A DNA stretch of 64,000 nucleotides from the human T2T-CHM13v2.0 reference genome, Homo sapiens (GCA_009914755.4 CP068257.2:17632001-17696000); one strand, 5' to 3'. Counted from the first letter of the stretch, positions 26,969 to 40,570 are shown. Notes: a model not told the origin generated them from the letters alone. Made by a program: numbers and translations.

Positions 26969-29950
26969 CCACTTTGCTATCAATATTTTTGTGTAAAGAC
27001 ACAAGAAGTAGCTTAAAGAAATACGCACTCATCAAATCTGGGAATATCGGCACATAAACAGTTGCTTTAAAAAACATACCAGCAAAATAAATAAGTGAAT
27101 GTAAAAGTTTAACTTTAATTTTTTTCATTATTCTTGATATTGTAATTCTGAAACAACCCCCATTTTATCTATAACCTATACTTTAATTTTTCACAAAATT
27201 ATTTTATAAATAGAAAAAAGTTTCAGAAAACTATTGCAGAAGATTTGTAACAACTCAATACTATTAATTTCTGTTTATGTATCATCAAAAATACACTTTA
27301 AAAAATTCACTTATTAAATCTCAAGTAAATCAATAACTCTCCAATAATCTTAATAAGTGTCAAATAATAGTTCTATGCCAATAATGTAAAATAAATAGTA
27401 TTAATTTCTAAAATTCATCAAATGTTTCAAATAAATATTAAAAACTTTATTTTAAAATATGCTTTATTTTACCCAGTTTGCTTTTCACTCTTCTATAATT
27501 TTGTAAATGAAAACTAAAACTTAGAAAATGTATATGCATAGCAGAAAATTACCTTGTTAAATATACATGTTTTAATATACTTGTGCCTGTATTATAACTT
27601 GCAGCTTTTCTCTATCTTTGAAGTGCCATATGTAATGAAAAACTAAGATTCTTCTTTTACATTTTTAGATCCATAATTGTGTAACATTTACGTATTCTTT
27701 TGGATTAGTGTCTCTATTTGTGTTAACAATAATACTCAATATTAAAATCTTTCAAGGTTTTTAGTTATTAAAATAAATCACAGTATTTCCAGAATTTTTT
27801 GTCAGCTATAAAAATATAAAATTCACAATGTTTTCTTCAAAAACTTTTATTAGCTTGAGTGTAAAAGCAGTCTTCAAGTTCTGGCCAGCTAAATTCTAAA
27901 GGTCAGAAGTTCCTTTGAATGCAATATGATTGCAACATTAAATATTCTAACATATTCTATGCTGTGATTCAATGAATATTTTGGATCAACATTTGAAAGT
28001 GGAAATCTTTTCAGGCAGATATCTCTGATTATGGCTGTTCTATATTTATTTTTTGAATATTTAGCATTCATAATTTTATGGAGAATAATTTTTTTGAAAG
28101 TCATTATTAATATATGTAACAAATATTATTTGTGCATATGATTACCTTGGAAGTTGGCATTGGAAAAGGAAGAAAAATCAAAATAAAAAAAGGAAATTAA
28201 TAGTTGCTGTGAGTTAGGTATTGTTTGGATATTATGAGCAAAACAAGTCCCTTCCTTTTTGCCTTATCCAGGGAATGTTAGGAAACCAATTTAGTTTGCC
28301 ATGGATGTTAAGGCAAAAGAATAGAAGAGGATCCATGCACTTAAGCTTAGCTAAATGACAGTGTAAGTGTGAAAAATCACATAAGATGATGAAATAATTC
28401 TATAATACTCAAACCAGGAGTAGATCAATAACCTAAAAAAATTATTTTTTAAAAAAGCAAAAGTTTTTATAGTTACCTCAGCATTCCCTCAGCATGAGAT
28501 AAGCACATCTTTTAGATTATACTTTGCCATACTTTCTTTGGGAATTTCATAATATTTCATTTTTATTTGAAAGAGAAATGGGTTGTAATATTTAAAATGC
28601 TGTGGGAGACGAAAAAACATTCATGTTTTCATAATCTCTTCTGGGCATTTTTACTCAATTTCGTTGACAATTTTGCAATTACAAAGTTGGTCAACTTATA
28701 AATGGAAGCAAGTTTTATTATATAATCAGTATTGTATTTTTAACGGATGTTATTTTAGGAAAGCAAAGCATAAACAGTGACCTCTATTTTATAATTAAAT
28801 GTTTATACAATAATATATAATGCCTCTATTTAAAATTTTGCAAAAAACTCAGTGGAAATTCTTGTTAATATAAAGAATTACCTTTTATTCTGTGTTCTAA
28901 CATATTAATCCCTAGAATCAGAATCAACCCTGAAAGAGAGGTCATGATTTGTATTCTCTGCAGTTCCCAATAAGAGGAAATAAATAGTATTACTCAACTA
29001 TGCTAACAGAGACATACAAATTTACTTAATTCCCCTGACACACAATGGCTTTCTAAGTGTGCTTTCTCATTAGTGTCTGAATCATTAAATAGGTTCAAAG
29101 TGCAGGATTTAATTAATTTACAATTCTTAAAATGACAAATTGTTGAATATCCATGGTTACATAAACTATCATGTGGAAGTTCTAAAGAGGTTAATTTCTT
29201 CATTATGAAAAAGGTCATTAGTTTTTTCTTTTGCATTTTTTTCTCTCACAGAACTGTAACTAGTCCGAGAAAGTTAGAGGATGGAAAAGAGTAGAATGGT
29301 GCAAGAAATTATAGGAACTAAGATTAGAAAAAGAGTCAAGGAATTCTTAATGGAGCTTTTATATACTATGCTACAAAAATTGAGTTTATTCTGGAAATAA
29401 TGACGATGCATCAAAAGGTTGAAAGTGGTTGGAGGATAAATTGGATGGAACATAAAAATATTTTTTAATTGGAAAATATGAAAATGAGGAGAATCATAAG
29501 GAGGGATTCCAGGCAAGGAAAGGTGAGTACCTGAACCAAAATGGTACCTGTGAAAACGTTTGTAGTAGAGTTAAACTGGACCTGCATGTAATATTAAGAT
29601 GATCATGGCCAGTAAGAATTACTTTTGTGATGCCACAGTGGCAGACATGAATTTAAGGACTGTCACTGGATTGATTTGTAATGGGATACTAGGACCATAT
29701 GACCATAAATTATACACAGTGAGCAGAGAAGAAGAGTTATTGAGGAAAACTGATGTGATAAGCATGGCAGACACACCAGAATCCAGAAAGGGAAAGTCTT
29801 TTTGAGACGTAATTCAATGACTTTGTGTTAGTTGAGCCAATTTTAAAGTTTTAAGGATGGAATGATCCACAGATTCAAATACGACCATTTCAAGTAAGGA
29901 ATGTACTGAATCCTGAAAATCACTGAGGTTATGAATAATTGTAGCAAAGA

Positions 29951-30117
29951 TTTTCATCCTTCCTTTCCCCTCCCCTCCCTTCCTCTTTCTTCCTTCCTTT
30001 CTCTTTTCTTTTCTTTTCTTTTTCTTTTTCTTCCTTCCTTCCTTCCTTTTCTTTCTTTCTTTTTCTTTCCTTCTTTCTTTCTCTCTTTCTTTTACTTTTT
30101 CTTTTTTCTTCCCTTTG
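29951..30117. repeat. Long (CCTT/CTTT)n polypyrimidine mirror-repeat tract
   Basis: 'ccttcctttcccctcccctcccttcctctttcttccttcctttctcttttcttttcttttctttttctttttcttccttccttccttccttttctttctttctttttctttccttctttctttctctctttcttttactttttcttttttcttccc'; this tract produces the spurious K/R/E-rich minus-strand ORF 29814..30122. Confidence 0.9.
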
Positions 30118-30274
30118 TTCATTGTTAAATTCCTATCTGCTCTTCTTATATTAATCCTTCTTTCTAGTTGTTAAATGTTCTGTTATCTTGCTTGTTGGGT
30201 TTTCTATATACATTCATTAGTTGGCCTTTCCTCTTCATACCTACTTTCCTCTTTCTTTTCTCCTTACTTGAAAA

Positions 30275-30340
30275 AATATATATACATATATATATAATTT
30301 ATACATTTATTTATATATATTTACATATATATATAAAGGA
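30275..30340. repeat. (TA)n-rich low-complexity tract
   Basis: 'aaaaaatatatatacatatatatataatttatacatttatttatatatatttacatatatatataaag'. Confidence 0.6.
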
Positions 30341-31559
30341 CTTTTTTTGCTGATGTAGAAATTTAACAGTACTTTTCATTCAAGTTTTCTTAAATAATTT
30401 GTGTTTCATATTTGTATTTAAAAAACAACTCTGGTATAGCTTCTTACATCATTTTGAAGTGGTTTTTATTGTTAGTGTGAAGACAATTTATCTACCAAGA
30501 GACAGAAAGTATTTTCTTTAAAAAACAATAGTAAATTTATAATTTTAAAAACTATACATTTAGGAAATAAAATGTAAATTCTATTCAACCTTAGCCACAA
30601 TTAGAAATATAGCTTCTTCAACAAAAGAATAGAAGAGCGCAAATGCAAATAATTCTGAACTTATTTAATCTTTTTTGGCCTTAAAGAAAGCATTGGAAAA
30701 TGTATATTTATTGTCTATGTTCTTCTATCACTTAATGTTTTACAAGATGAATTTCTGAAGCTACCTGGAAATAAAGTGCAAGTAACAATAACAGGCTTTG
30801 TAACCTGCATAGACAGAATACTTTTTTAAAAAAGAATTCCAGGTAGGAACCGTTTTTAAAGATAAATCTCAACAGGCAGAATTGTTTGCAATTAGTCCCT
30901 TTAAAAATATTCCTTTCAAAATTTAAAACTTAAATCAAGAGTGAAGTTATCATAAAACTGCTATAAAGAGGGATTTTTCCCAACGTCTGTTACTGCTTCT
31001 TCATTTCTTGCAGCTTGTATCCAATGCATGTTGCTGACATTATGCTCTGCAGATTCTCATTACACCAAGTTCTTCTGTGTTCATCTGCTTCCTCAAGGCC
31101 ATTATCCATTACATCTGTCTCAGCTCAGCTGATGCTCTGGCAGTGGTTCTCTGCGTTGAGCATTGCTGCCACACACCTTTGGTCTTTAAACCTGAACTGG
31201 AATGAAGCTTAAACTGAAATGTAGAGGGCAAATGGTGTGCAAAACAAACTTTAAGTAGTAGTGATTAATCTTTCCAATGAATTTTTCTGTTTTTAGCCCA
31301 TTAATTTTCAATAAACATTAATGAAGTACTTATCATGTATTAGCCACTATGTTACCTCCAAAAATAAAGATGATAGATAAACGATATTTGGTTTCGGCAC
31401 TCATTTAATATCATTTTGTGTGTATATGTATGGGTAGACAAACTAATAACATTATGACATGGATAATCACATGATCACTAGAAGCTATGTAGTGTGTGAG
31501 CCCAAAGGACTGCAAGTAAAAGGTGGTAATGAATATGCACTTTCTCATCCCCCCAATAA

Positions 31560-31700
31560 CATCACTAACACCCAAATCCAACCTCTGGGGAGTTAGATCC
31601 ATGAAGGCAAGGATGCTTTGATTTTACAATGGTTCTACTCCCGGGTCCCTAAAATTACCAAGCACTGAACAAATATGTGTTGAATTAATGAAAGAATTAG
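31560..31700 (+). mobile_element. Possible MIR-like SINE 3' fragment
   Basis: '...aagcactgaacaaatatgtgttgaattaatgaaagaatta' resembles the MIR tail '...gcgctcaataaatgtttgttgaatgaatgaa'; the upstream match is weak. Confidence 0.3.
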
Positions 31701-32631
31701 ATTTGAACAAAATTTATATTCTCAGTAAACTCAAACTCCTTATTAAAAGACTCTTAACAAAAACAAACAAAACTATGAGCACTTGCATAATTCTCAGAAA
31801 TACTATTTGTTTCCAAAAGCTTAAACTTCTAAATAAAAAATGTATAGAAAGAAAACACTGCGTAAAAAATAATTTTTTGAATTAAACAAATTTTAAAACT
31901 TGTAGACTTCGCATTTATTAAGATTTTATCCAAAGATTGCTGAGTTTTAAAAGGCTGTTTCATGTGCTTTTCTGCCTTAACTCTTTCCTTTACAACAAAT
32001 TGAGAGAGTCTGGAGAGAATGGTATTATCTGGCTCGTGGTTTTTCTTTAATAAACATAGTTAGTTTCAAGTACTAAATTTGAAATGAAGTAAAAGAATGA
32101 ATAGGCAAGCAGAAAGCTCATGTGACTTCTAACTAGAATTTTCAAAAGGGAAGGGAAAAGAGAGGAGAAGGCAACAATCATTTCTCATGCATTTTTTATT
32201 TACTGGTCAGCAGGTGAAGGATAAGCCACACCCACATCCTAGCACCCACAGAGAGAAATAGGCCATGGATCCCCTTTGGAAAAGAAAGAAGACAAACATA
32301 TCTTCAAATCTGAATCTAACAATTTCAATTCCTTGAAAATTAAATCTTAAGAACACCTATCACTCCTCTTAGGATAATCAAAATAATTCCAACTTCCCAA
32401 AAGTTTCTGTAATAAAAGCTGGGGAAAGGAATTTGAAAAGTTCCACTTCCTACCAGCTGGACAGTTGTTTAAATTTTATATAGAACGTATCCCTTTATAA
32501 AAGCTATGCATTTTTTTTTAGTTTTGTTTATTTGCTTAAAATTTATGGAATTATAGCATCCTCTACATACTTCCTTTTTTTGTACAAAGAGTTAGAATGA
32601 GCCCTGGTTCTTAGAGAAAACTACACATCTT

Positions 32632-32700
32632 GAGAAGAAAGAAAGCAAGAAAGAAGGAAGGAAGGAAGAAGAAAGAGAGAGAGAGAAAGAAAGAAAAAAT
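32632..32700. repeat. Purine-rich (GAAR)n/(GA)n tract, the mirror of a polypyrimidine tract
   Basis: 'gaagaaagaaagcaagaaagaaggaaggaaggaagaagaaagagagagagagaaagaaagaaaaaa'. Confidence 0.85.
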
Positions 32701-34129
32701 TTCTATAACCAAAAAATGACAACAATTTAAATCATGACATAAATGGAGCTTGAATTTACACTGAAAATTGAGATTTGCTGGAAGGAGCTAAAAATTATAC
32801 CACAAAAAATAATCCAAAATAATCACTAAAAGGAAGTAAAATAATTTTAAAATGATAAGCACATTGCTGATATCAAAAGCCAAAAAAAAATTATCCAGCA
32901 GACAGAAATATAAAGAAAACCCACAGGAGATAGATAAAACTAAACCTGTTTACTCCCCGGAGATAACTGTCCTAGATTCACTAAGCACCTTGGTATCTGT
33001 GATTTTGAATCCGCAGGGGACAGAATATGATTGCACAGACATCTGCATACAAAAGCGAGAACTGGATTCCACATAATGCTAGGACCGGGAAAGAGCAATT
33101 CTACTGAGAAAACTACTCTAAAGATATGGCACGGAAGTAGGCTATACACCTTGTCTACAGGCAAGTAGAGAATGCTACAAGAAATGAAAGGCCCTCAAAA
33201 TGTGACATGTCTGGATGTAAGGCCATATTCTGGGAAGAAATATGTGTAGTTAAAATTGAGCTTTTGTTATTCAGAAGAAGGAGAGAATATTTATTGGTTC
33301 ACTAATTATTAATGTCTTTTGGCATGTAGAAAATAAATCACAAAGACAGAATTTAAGTACCAAGGTACATTGGTTGGAAAAAAATAGCCTGGTCTAGTTG
33401 ATTTACACTTATTTGTGGCAATAGCTAAGGTTTTGGATGGAAAATAGTATTTAACTTAGGGAGGCAACTGGGAATTTTATTATGAGGGGGTTCGGAGAAG
33501 AGATGTGTGGATAATTCTTTCTTTATAGCCCTAGAACATGAGAATAATTTTTCTTATATTAGTGCTCATCAAAAAATCTTTCTGTGGGTGAGACTCTTAA
33601 TAGTAGAATGGTCAGGATGACTTGCCATATGGATCTAAATATTCTCCTTCCAGTTGTCCTCTGTGATTGGTCACTGAGTCTCTTAACACTTGGATGGAGG
33701 GCAGCTACATGAGTGTCTTACTTGTGGAGTCATGCTCATTGACACATCCCTAATTTTCCTTCAGCAGAAACCAACACAATGAGGATAAATTATATCTAGT
33801 GGTAATTTCATTGTAAATCAATTTTCCACTCTATAGATGAATGCAAGTTGTTCTCAATGGGCAAACATAATGTAGATTTCACATTTAAAAAATTGGCTTA
33901 CAGGCTTCTTCCTCTAGAGCTATGCATGGTCTTTCTTAATACCATATATATTTCCACAGTATTCCATCAAGCATTTTTTCTAATCAAGATATATACCTTT
34001 ACTGCAAAAATATTCTCTATCCCACAAAGGAAGGTGGTCTCACATGGAATAACCTACAGATATTTCAATTACAATATCAAAGAGGAGAGAAAGTATGCAA
34101 CAGGGGTTGCTGCCTGCCAAAATGTTCTC

Positions 34130-34530
34130 TATGCACTGAATAACAAACATACGATACTTCTTGTTCTCTTATTACCATTGAGACGGCCAGGTGGGAAGGG
34201 CTCCCTGCAGAGTCTCTGACCCACCTGTGCACTGGGGGGAGCTGACATTGGAGTGGAGCCACAGAGGTTCACTTCATTTGCAGCAGGGAGGAGCCTGGCT
34301 CCTCCTCTTCCTAGGTGGGCCCTAGAATTCAAAGTGCAAGACAGGAAGCACACCCACAGGGACTCTGGCTATGTGGAGGGTCCATGTTACCCGGTTTTTC
34401 CCTTTTCACCCAATAAAACCCTGCCTTATTCATCCTTCAAATCAGCTGCAAGCCTAAATTTTCATGGCCATGTGACAAGGACCCCATCTTTAGCTGAACT
34501 AAGGGAAAGTCCCGCAACACCGTAATACAT
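34130..34530 (+). mobile_element. GC-rich LTR-like segment (candidate solo ERV LTR) with an AATAAA polyadenylation signal; family unknown
   Basis: A locally GC-rich block in otherwise AT-rich DNA: '...gagacggccaggtgggaagggctccctgcag...ggctatgtggagggtccatgttacccggtttttcccttttcacccaataaaaccctgccttattcatcc...ccgtaataca'. The R/U5-like layout of 'aataaa' followed by a CA-ending boundary is typical of retroviral LTRs. Confidence 0.3.
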
Positions 34531-35920
34531 GCCCTAGGAAGAATTCCTCTCTTATGATTGTACTTAGGTACTTGTTTGCAGAAATCGTCTTCTCAAACTT
34601 ACCTCAAGGCTCTAGGTTCTTTGTTTTAGAGCATTTGGTATATAATAGAGAAATGCTCCTGCCAAATGCTACAAAATCAGTTCCATTTAAAATCAGGCAG
34701 ATACTTTACCATTTCAGTATCTCTACCTTACTAAAAAAAACAGGTAAAACAGTACAAAGTACTATCTTCAGTTACTGATTTTGACTATGCAAAAGTAATA
34801 AAAGTGCTGCTTTTAAACAGAATCAGGAAACATATGCCCAGAAAATTCTCTGACATGCCTCCTAATAGTAACATGTCCAAAAGTAAACATTAAAATAAGT
34901 CTACTTTATGATGGCCCACATCACCCCACCAGATAAAGAATTTTACCCAAAGATGGAAGGTGAAGATAACATAGACTAGGTAATATTGCAGAGAACAAAT
35001 AGGAGATATAGGATTGTGAAGGGTTGCAAAAAGGAGGACTATAGACCTGATCTGTATTTTTCCTTCCTAGTCATTAGTATATTTGTGCATGTCATTAATT
35101 TTCTCATTAAACTCATCTACATGCCCTTCATGTAAATGCATCATGTCAATAGTTCTTAATTTGAAAAGCTTACGCATAGGCCTAATAATATGGAGAATCA
35201 TATTTTGTAGTAAAATATTTTGACTAGTATTGGATGTGAGTCATAGATTCTTGACAGAGGGTCTGAGGCCTTATTGATAAGAGGTATACTCATTCCCCTT
35301 GGAGATTAAAGTGAGTTCACTTCCAGTAATTCTGGATATAAATGGTTTATGTTAGGTGGTATTTGTTTTGTTTTCATTAAAGACCTAATGGATGGATGGA
35401 TGGTTGGACTACAGATAGATGAATGTTCGGCAGACAAAAAATCGAACTGTGATTGATACATTTTATTTTTCATTTTTGCCTTCCTAGTATCAAAACAATA
35501 TTTTTATTTGTTGAGAAATCCCCCAATGGTTATAATTCAAGATGGGGTAATAATTTGCCTCACACTAATGAAACTGAAGCAACTGAGATTCAATGATATA
35601 AATACTTAAGCTCACTTTGTGTTTCAGAACTCAGAATGCCAGATTTTTTTTCTCTTCTACATCATAAAAGATGTCACAAACATCTACATATTCATCCTCG
35701 AGTAATACTGACTAGCTTAACTATATTATTGGAAATAAATTAAGAAATTTTCTTTCTTCTATTCCCTTGTATAGTTTAATGATCAAATATGGATGAAAGT
35801 GCTAAAGTTGTGTGTGCATAGATACATACAAAAACTTATACACACAAATATATATACAGACAGATTTGTATATATACTAAACCTCAATGTATATAAAATA
35901 ACCAAATACTTTTTTTATGA

Positions 35921-36224
35921 TTTATTATTTATTTATTTTTTTAAGACAGAGTCTTGCTCTGTTGGCTAGGCTGGAGTGCAGTGGCGTGATCTCAGCTCAC
36001 GGCAACCTCCGCCTCCCAGGTTCAAGCAATTTTTGTGTTTCGGCCTCCTGAGTAGCTGAGATTACAGGCACCCGGCACCACTCCTGGGTAATTTTTGAAT
36101 TTTTAGTAAAGACAGGGTTTACCATGTTGCCCAGGCTGTTCTCTAATTCCTGGCCTCAAGTGATCCACCTGCCTTGGCCTCCCAGTGTGCTGGGATTACA
36201 GGCATGAGCCCCCACACCTGGCCC
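35921..36224 (-). mobile_element. Alu SINE (minus strand, AluS/J-like) with a T-rich (TTTA)n tail
   Basis: 'tttatttatttatttttttaagacagagtcttgctctgttggctaggctggagtgcagtggcgtgatctcagctcacggcaacctccgcctcccaggttcaagcaatt...ggcctcccagtgtgctgggattacaggcatgagcccccacacctggcc'. Confidence 0.9.
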
Positions 36225-37517
36225 AAATATAGTTATTTTTACAACAAAAGTCATGAAGGAAAATATTGTTCCCTCTAATAAATGAAGGAAACAACTAAGT
36301 AGTGATTGTACTTAAGTATCCAGCACTGCTACTATGTTGATAATTTGAGCTATCCGAAGTACTTACTAAGAGAGTTTGTCTCCTCAGATACACAGTATTT
36401 CAAGCAGAATGATCATTAGTCAGCAAAAGGCAAAAGATAATTAGTTCTACTCTTTGTAGTTTCCACACTAAGCAGTCTGCTTAGAGGCATAGGAGATGAT
36501 TTGAAACAGCAGTTCATTACATACAGGTACCCATTGCTCTCAGAATTATTTGTTATGTCTTACACTGTTTTATTTCATTGCTTCTTTTCTGGCTACATTG
36601 TTTAATTTTTTTTTCTTAGACCATTTTTTTCCTATTCCTAAGCCTCAAATGTTCTAAATTATTTGGTTTATTTTACATAATTTTGTTTCTTTAAACAGTT
36701 TTAATATATCTCCAATTGCTTAATATTTAAATATAGTGTTATTATTTATTTATTTTGTATTTATAATTCCCTTATAAGGATTTCTAAGTTGACATTTATT
36801 TAGCTACTTTTTAAACTTTATCTCTCTTTATTATATTTTCTAAATACACTAATATGCTTTCATTTTCTTTTGCTTTTTGTAATAAGACTGTTATTAATGT
36901 ACTTTGACCTAGTTATAACTGAATGTAGATTTAAGAACAAGGATTCCACATGTTGTAAATAGGTAAAGCTGGGTCTTTCCCCTCCCTTCTACATAATACT
37001 TCAATTGTTTTGCTAATTAATGACCTTCTATTTCCAAAGTGAATTTTTTTCTAAAAATCATCATTTTTCCCTCTTATGGCTTAGTCACTGATACATTTCT
37101 CTAGACTCCTTCTGTATCCATTTATATTTTTGCCAATATACTCTTTGGTATTAATATATTGCATTCCATATGCCTCCAGTTCCCAAACTGCACGTCAAGG
37201 CAGTCACAGGGACATCATAGAATGTCCTAAAGTTTCAAGGAAGCATAGCAATACTTGGCATGTCCAAATATCACGGACACTACTTACTCCAGGTAACTCA
37301 GTTTCAACATTATCTCATACTATATTTCTTTAGAGGATGTCACGTTTTTGTGAATTCATTTCTTGGCTGCAAGAACACATATCCCATTAGTAAGTAATTG
37401 TGATTTTTTTGGCAATGAAATACAAATATTTGGTTTTCTTTCCATTAATGTGAAGTATTTTTTTTCAAAAGGCTACAGAATTGTTGGTATATAAATTCGT
37501 AAGTTATTTGGAACTAA

Positions 37518-37850
<333 letters not shown>

Positions 37851-39166
37851 TAACTCAGGTAATTCTTTTACTCTAGGAGTGCTGTGAAAGATGAAACACT
37901 TATGGCACCATGAATGCAGAATGTTTGGTAAAAGCTGCCACAAATCCTCAGAGGATGAGTTGAGTTACTGCCAAGTGCTTCCTCTACTGTGTATGGAACT
38001 GAACTATTTCAGATTTCAATAGCAAATGCTCATCCTGGCTAGGAAAAAAGAAATTTTAATAGGACCAATTGTATTCTTTTATCCATGGCATTGTTTAGAT
38101 ATTTAAATTACCAAACTTATTTTTTTCTGGCTAAATTATCTCAGGCCTTGTAAACAAAACATGGTAAGATCTGTGGAAGAAAAAGAGAAGTTTATTTTCT
38201 ATTTTGCTATAACAAAAGCAACAACAAAAACCCACCTGCAGATTGGGAAGGCACAGCCTTCAGTGTAAGTGAAGTGTGCTCTCTGAAGGATAAAGAAAAG
38301 ACTATAGGTTTTATAAAAAGGAGAAATGTTACACATGGTTCTTTGGGAAATTTCATTGGCACTAATAATGTTTTGAGGAGCTGGCAAGCTCTGATTGCTA
38401 AGTCACTGCAGCAGAAAAACTAGTCTGAGTATAAGTTGCGGCAGGTTGTTTCAGCAGTCATCTGATAAAACCACTTTCAGGTTACAGCAGGCATTCTTAG
38501 CTGCCAGCCTTGCAGAGAAACACATTTTTGGATCAATGTGTTGTGCCCTGAGTGCTTATTCCCCATGGCTTCTCCAGTCCATTTTAGTTGGGTATGACAA
38601 AAATGACCCAGCTCTTATAATCAGCTTTCAGTCTTTATAGTTTTCTTCATAGACCAGTTCCTCCATTTTCTTACTGTGGTGGAGATGGCTAAGATTATCT
38701 GTTACCTCCTTGTTTGTAGTAGAAGTAGAGCTCTCCTGATTTTTGAGCTGGGCAGCTGGCTGCCTTTCTTTATGTTGGCAGGCTCTCCTGTGGTGGGGTG
38801 TGGCTATATCACTGTGTTCACACTAATCGATGTAAGCTGGAATGAGGTGTGCAATTTCCAAGTCATCCTTGACTCACACACTTGCCAGAGATTTCCTTTC
38901 TTTTTTACACATGCCTCCTATTGGACAGAGCAAGGGCATTGACTCTTGCTTGGCCATTCAGGTATAAAGGAAACCTTTGTGGATAGCAAAGAAATGAAAT
39001 TAACTAGGGTTTTAAACAATTCTGTGCAGCAAAGTCCCCACCTGCTTGGACTAGCTAGAGTGTTATATGATACAGAAATGAATTTTTATCTTATATAATC
39101 CAGTGTATTTTTAGACTTATTGTTATAGCCTAGTTATTATTCTAACACATTTAGCATTTAAATTAT

Positions 39167-39499
39167 CTTTTTTTTTCTTTTTCTTTTCTTTTCTTTTTTC
39201 TTTTTTTTTTTGAGACAGCGTTTCCCTCTGTCTCCCAGGATGATGTGCATTGGTGCAATCTTGGCTAATTGCAGTCTCAACATCCTGGGGGCAAGCAATT
39301 CTCCCACCTCAGCATCCCCAATAGATCAATAAATGGAACCACAGGCATGTGCCATCACACTTGGCTAATTTTTGTATTTTTTGTAGAGACACCGTTTTGC
39401 AATGTTGCCCAGGCTGATCGCCAACCCTGCACTCAAGTGATCTGTCCGCCTCTGTCTCCCAAAGTGTTGGGATTACATGCATGAGCCACAGTGCCCAGC
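39167..39499 (-). mobile_element. Old, diverged Alu SINE (AluJ-like, minus strand) with a (TTTC)n/T-rich tail
   Basis: 'tttttttttctttttcttttcttttcttttttcttttttttttt' then 'gagacagcgtttccctctgtctcccaggatgatgtgcattggtgcaatcttggctaattgcagtctcaacatcctggggg...tgttgggattacatgcatgagccacagtgcccagc'. Confidence 0.85.
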
Positions 39500-40299
39500 A
39501 AAACTTGTTTTGTTGACATTTTTACTAATTGTAGCAAATAAATAATCACAGACAAATTAAATTATATGTTAACACACAGTCATGGATTTTGACTGATTAT
39601 TTACTTTTCCTGATAATTTGTGAGTACATCAGCTTTTGTAACCTCAAAGAATGTGTTTAATATAACCTAGACACGAAAGCCTAATGTAAGCAGATGCCTC
39701 ATGACTTGAATCTACCCAGAGTCCATATACAGCTAATCATACATGCACTAAAAAGATTCATTGCCAATTGTTTTTTATGAATTATAGATATTAGATGATA
39801 TGGCTTGAAGAAAAATAGCATCAATCAGCAAACCTCCCCTTTGGGCATCTTCATATTGATCACAAAGTTCTTTGGGGTCCTGCCTTCTGAAATTAATATA
39901 TATATATATAAATTAATATATATAACTATATATTAGTTATATACTTTTATTTTTAGCGATATTCATCTTTGATTCTTATTTAAACACTATTATGCAAAAC
40001 AAGAATCCTAGAAGTTAGCATGGCCTACCGCATTTCTTAAAAAGCAGTTCAGTCACCATTTATGGTCACTTGAAGCTATTATCTCTGTTTCTCCCTGCCT
40101 TTCTTAAGTGTTGCACCCATTTATTACACATATACAAATTCACTGTGTTTTCCCTGTCATAGTTTTAAGATATGTCCACTCATCTTTCAACACTTCTTCC
40201 TAGAAAAGTACAACCTAATTCTCCTACCTCTGACTATGGACTGAACTGGACTTGCTAATTTAGAACAGAATATGCCAGAAGTAATGGTATGTGACACCC

Positions 40300-40570
40300 A
40301 AGGTGGGTCATAAAAGACGTTGAATCCCTGAACCTTCTATCTTGCTCGCCTTCAGGGATAACTCACTCTAGAGGAAAGCAGTTGCCATGCCATAAAGACA
40401 CTCAAGCAGCCCTCAGGGAGGCCTAAGTACCAAGGAACTGAGGCGTTCTGCCAAAAACCATGTCACTAAGCCATCTTAGAAGCAGTCCCTATAACCCCAC
40501 AAGAGGTCTCACATGACTGTAAACCCAGCTGACATCTTGACTGCAAATTCATTAAGTGATAGATAACTGG
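40300..40570 (+). mobile_element. Ancient LTR-like (MLT/MER-type) fragment
   Basis: 'gccatcttagaagcagtccctataaccccacaagaggtctcacatgactgtaaacccagctgacatcttgactgcaaattcattaagtgatagataactgg' parallels the remembered consensus '...gccatcttggaagtggatcctccagcc...ggccaacatcttgactgcaacctcatgagagaccc...'; weak. Confidence 0.3.

Noticed and set aside
29814-30122. 102-aa minus-strand ORF extremely rich in K/R/E ('[45 protein letters not shown]...'), superficially like a nuclear or nucleic-acid-binding protein
   Set aside because: It is the reverse-strand translation of the (CTTT/CCTT)n polypyrimidine tract at 29951-30117. This is a low-complexity artefact with no start or stop context and no conservation logic.
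33848-34525. 123-aa and 90-aa plus-strand ORFs in and near the GC-rich block
   Set aside because: They overlap the LTR-like GC-rich segment; GC-rich sequence is depleted of stop codons. There is no start context or domain signal, so they are treated as spurious. The LTR-like block itself is reported as a finding.
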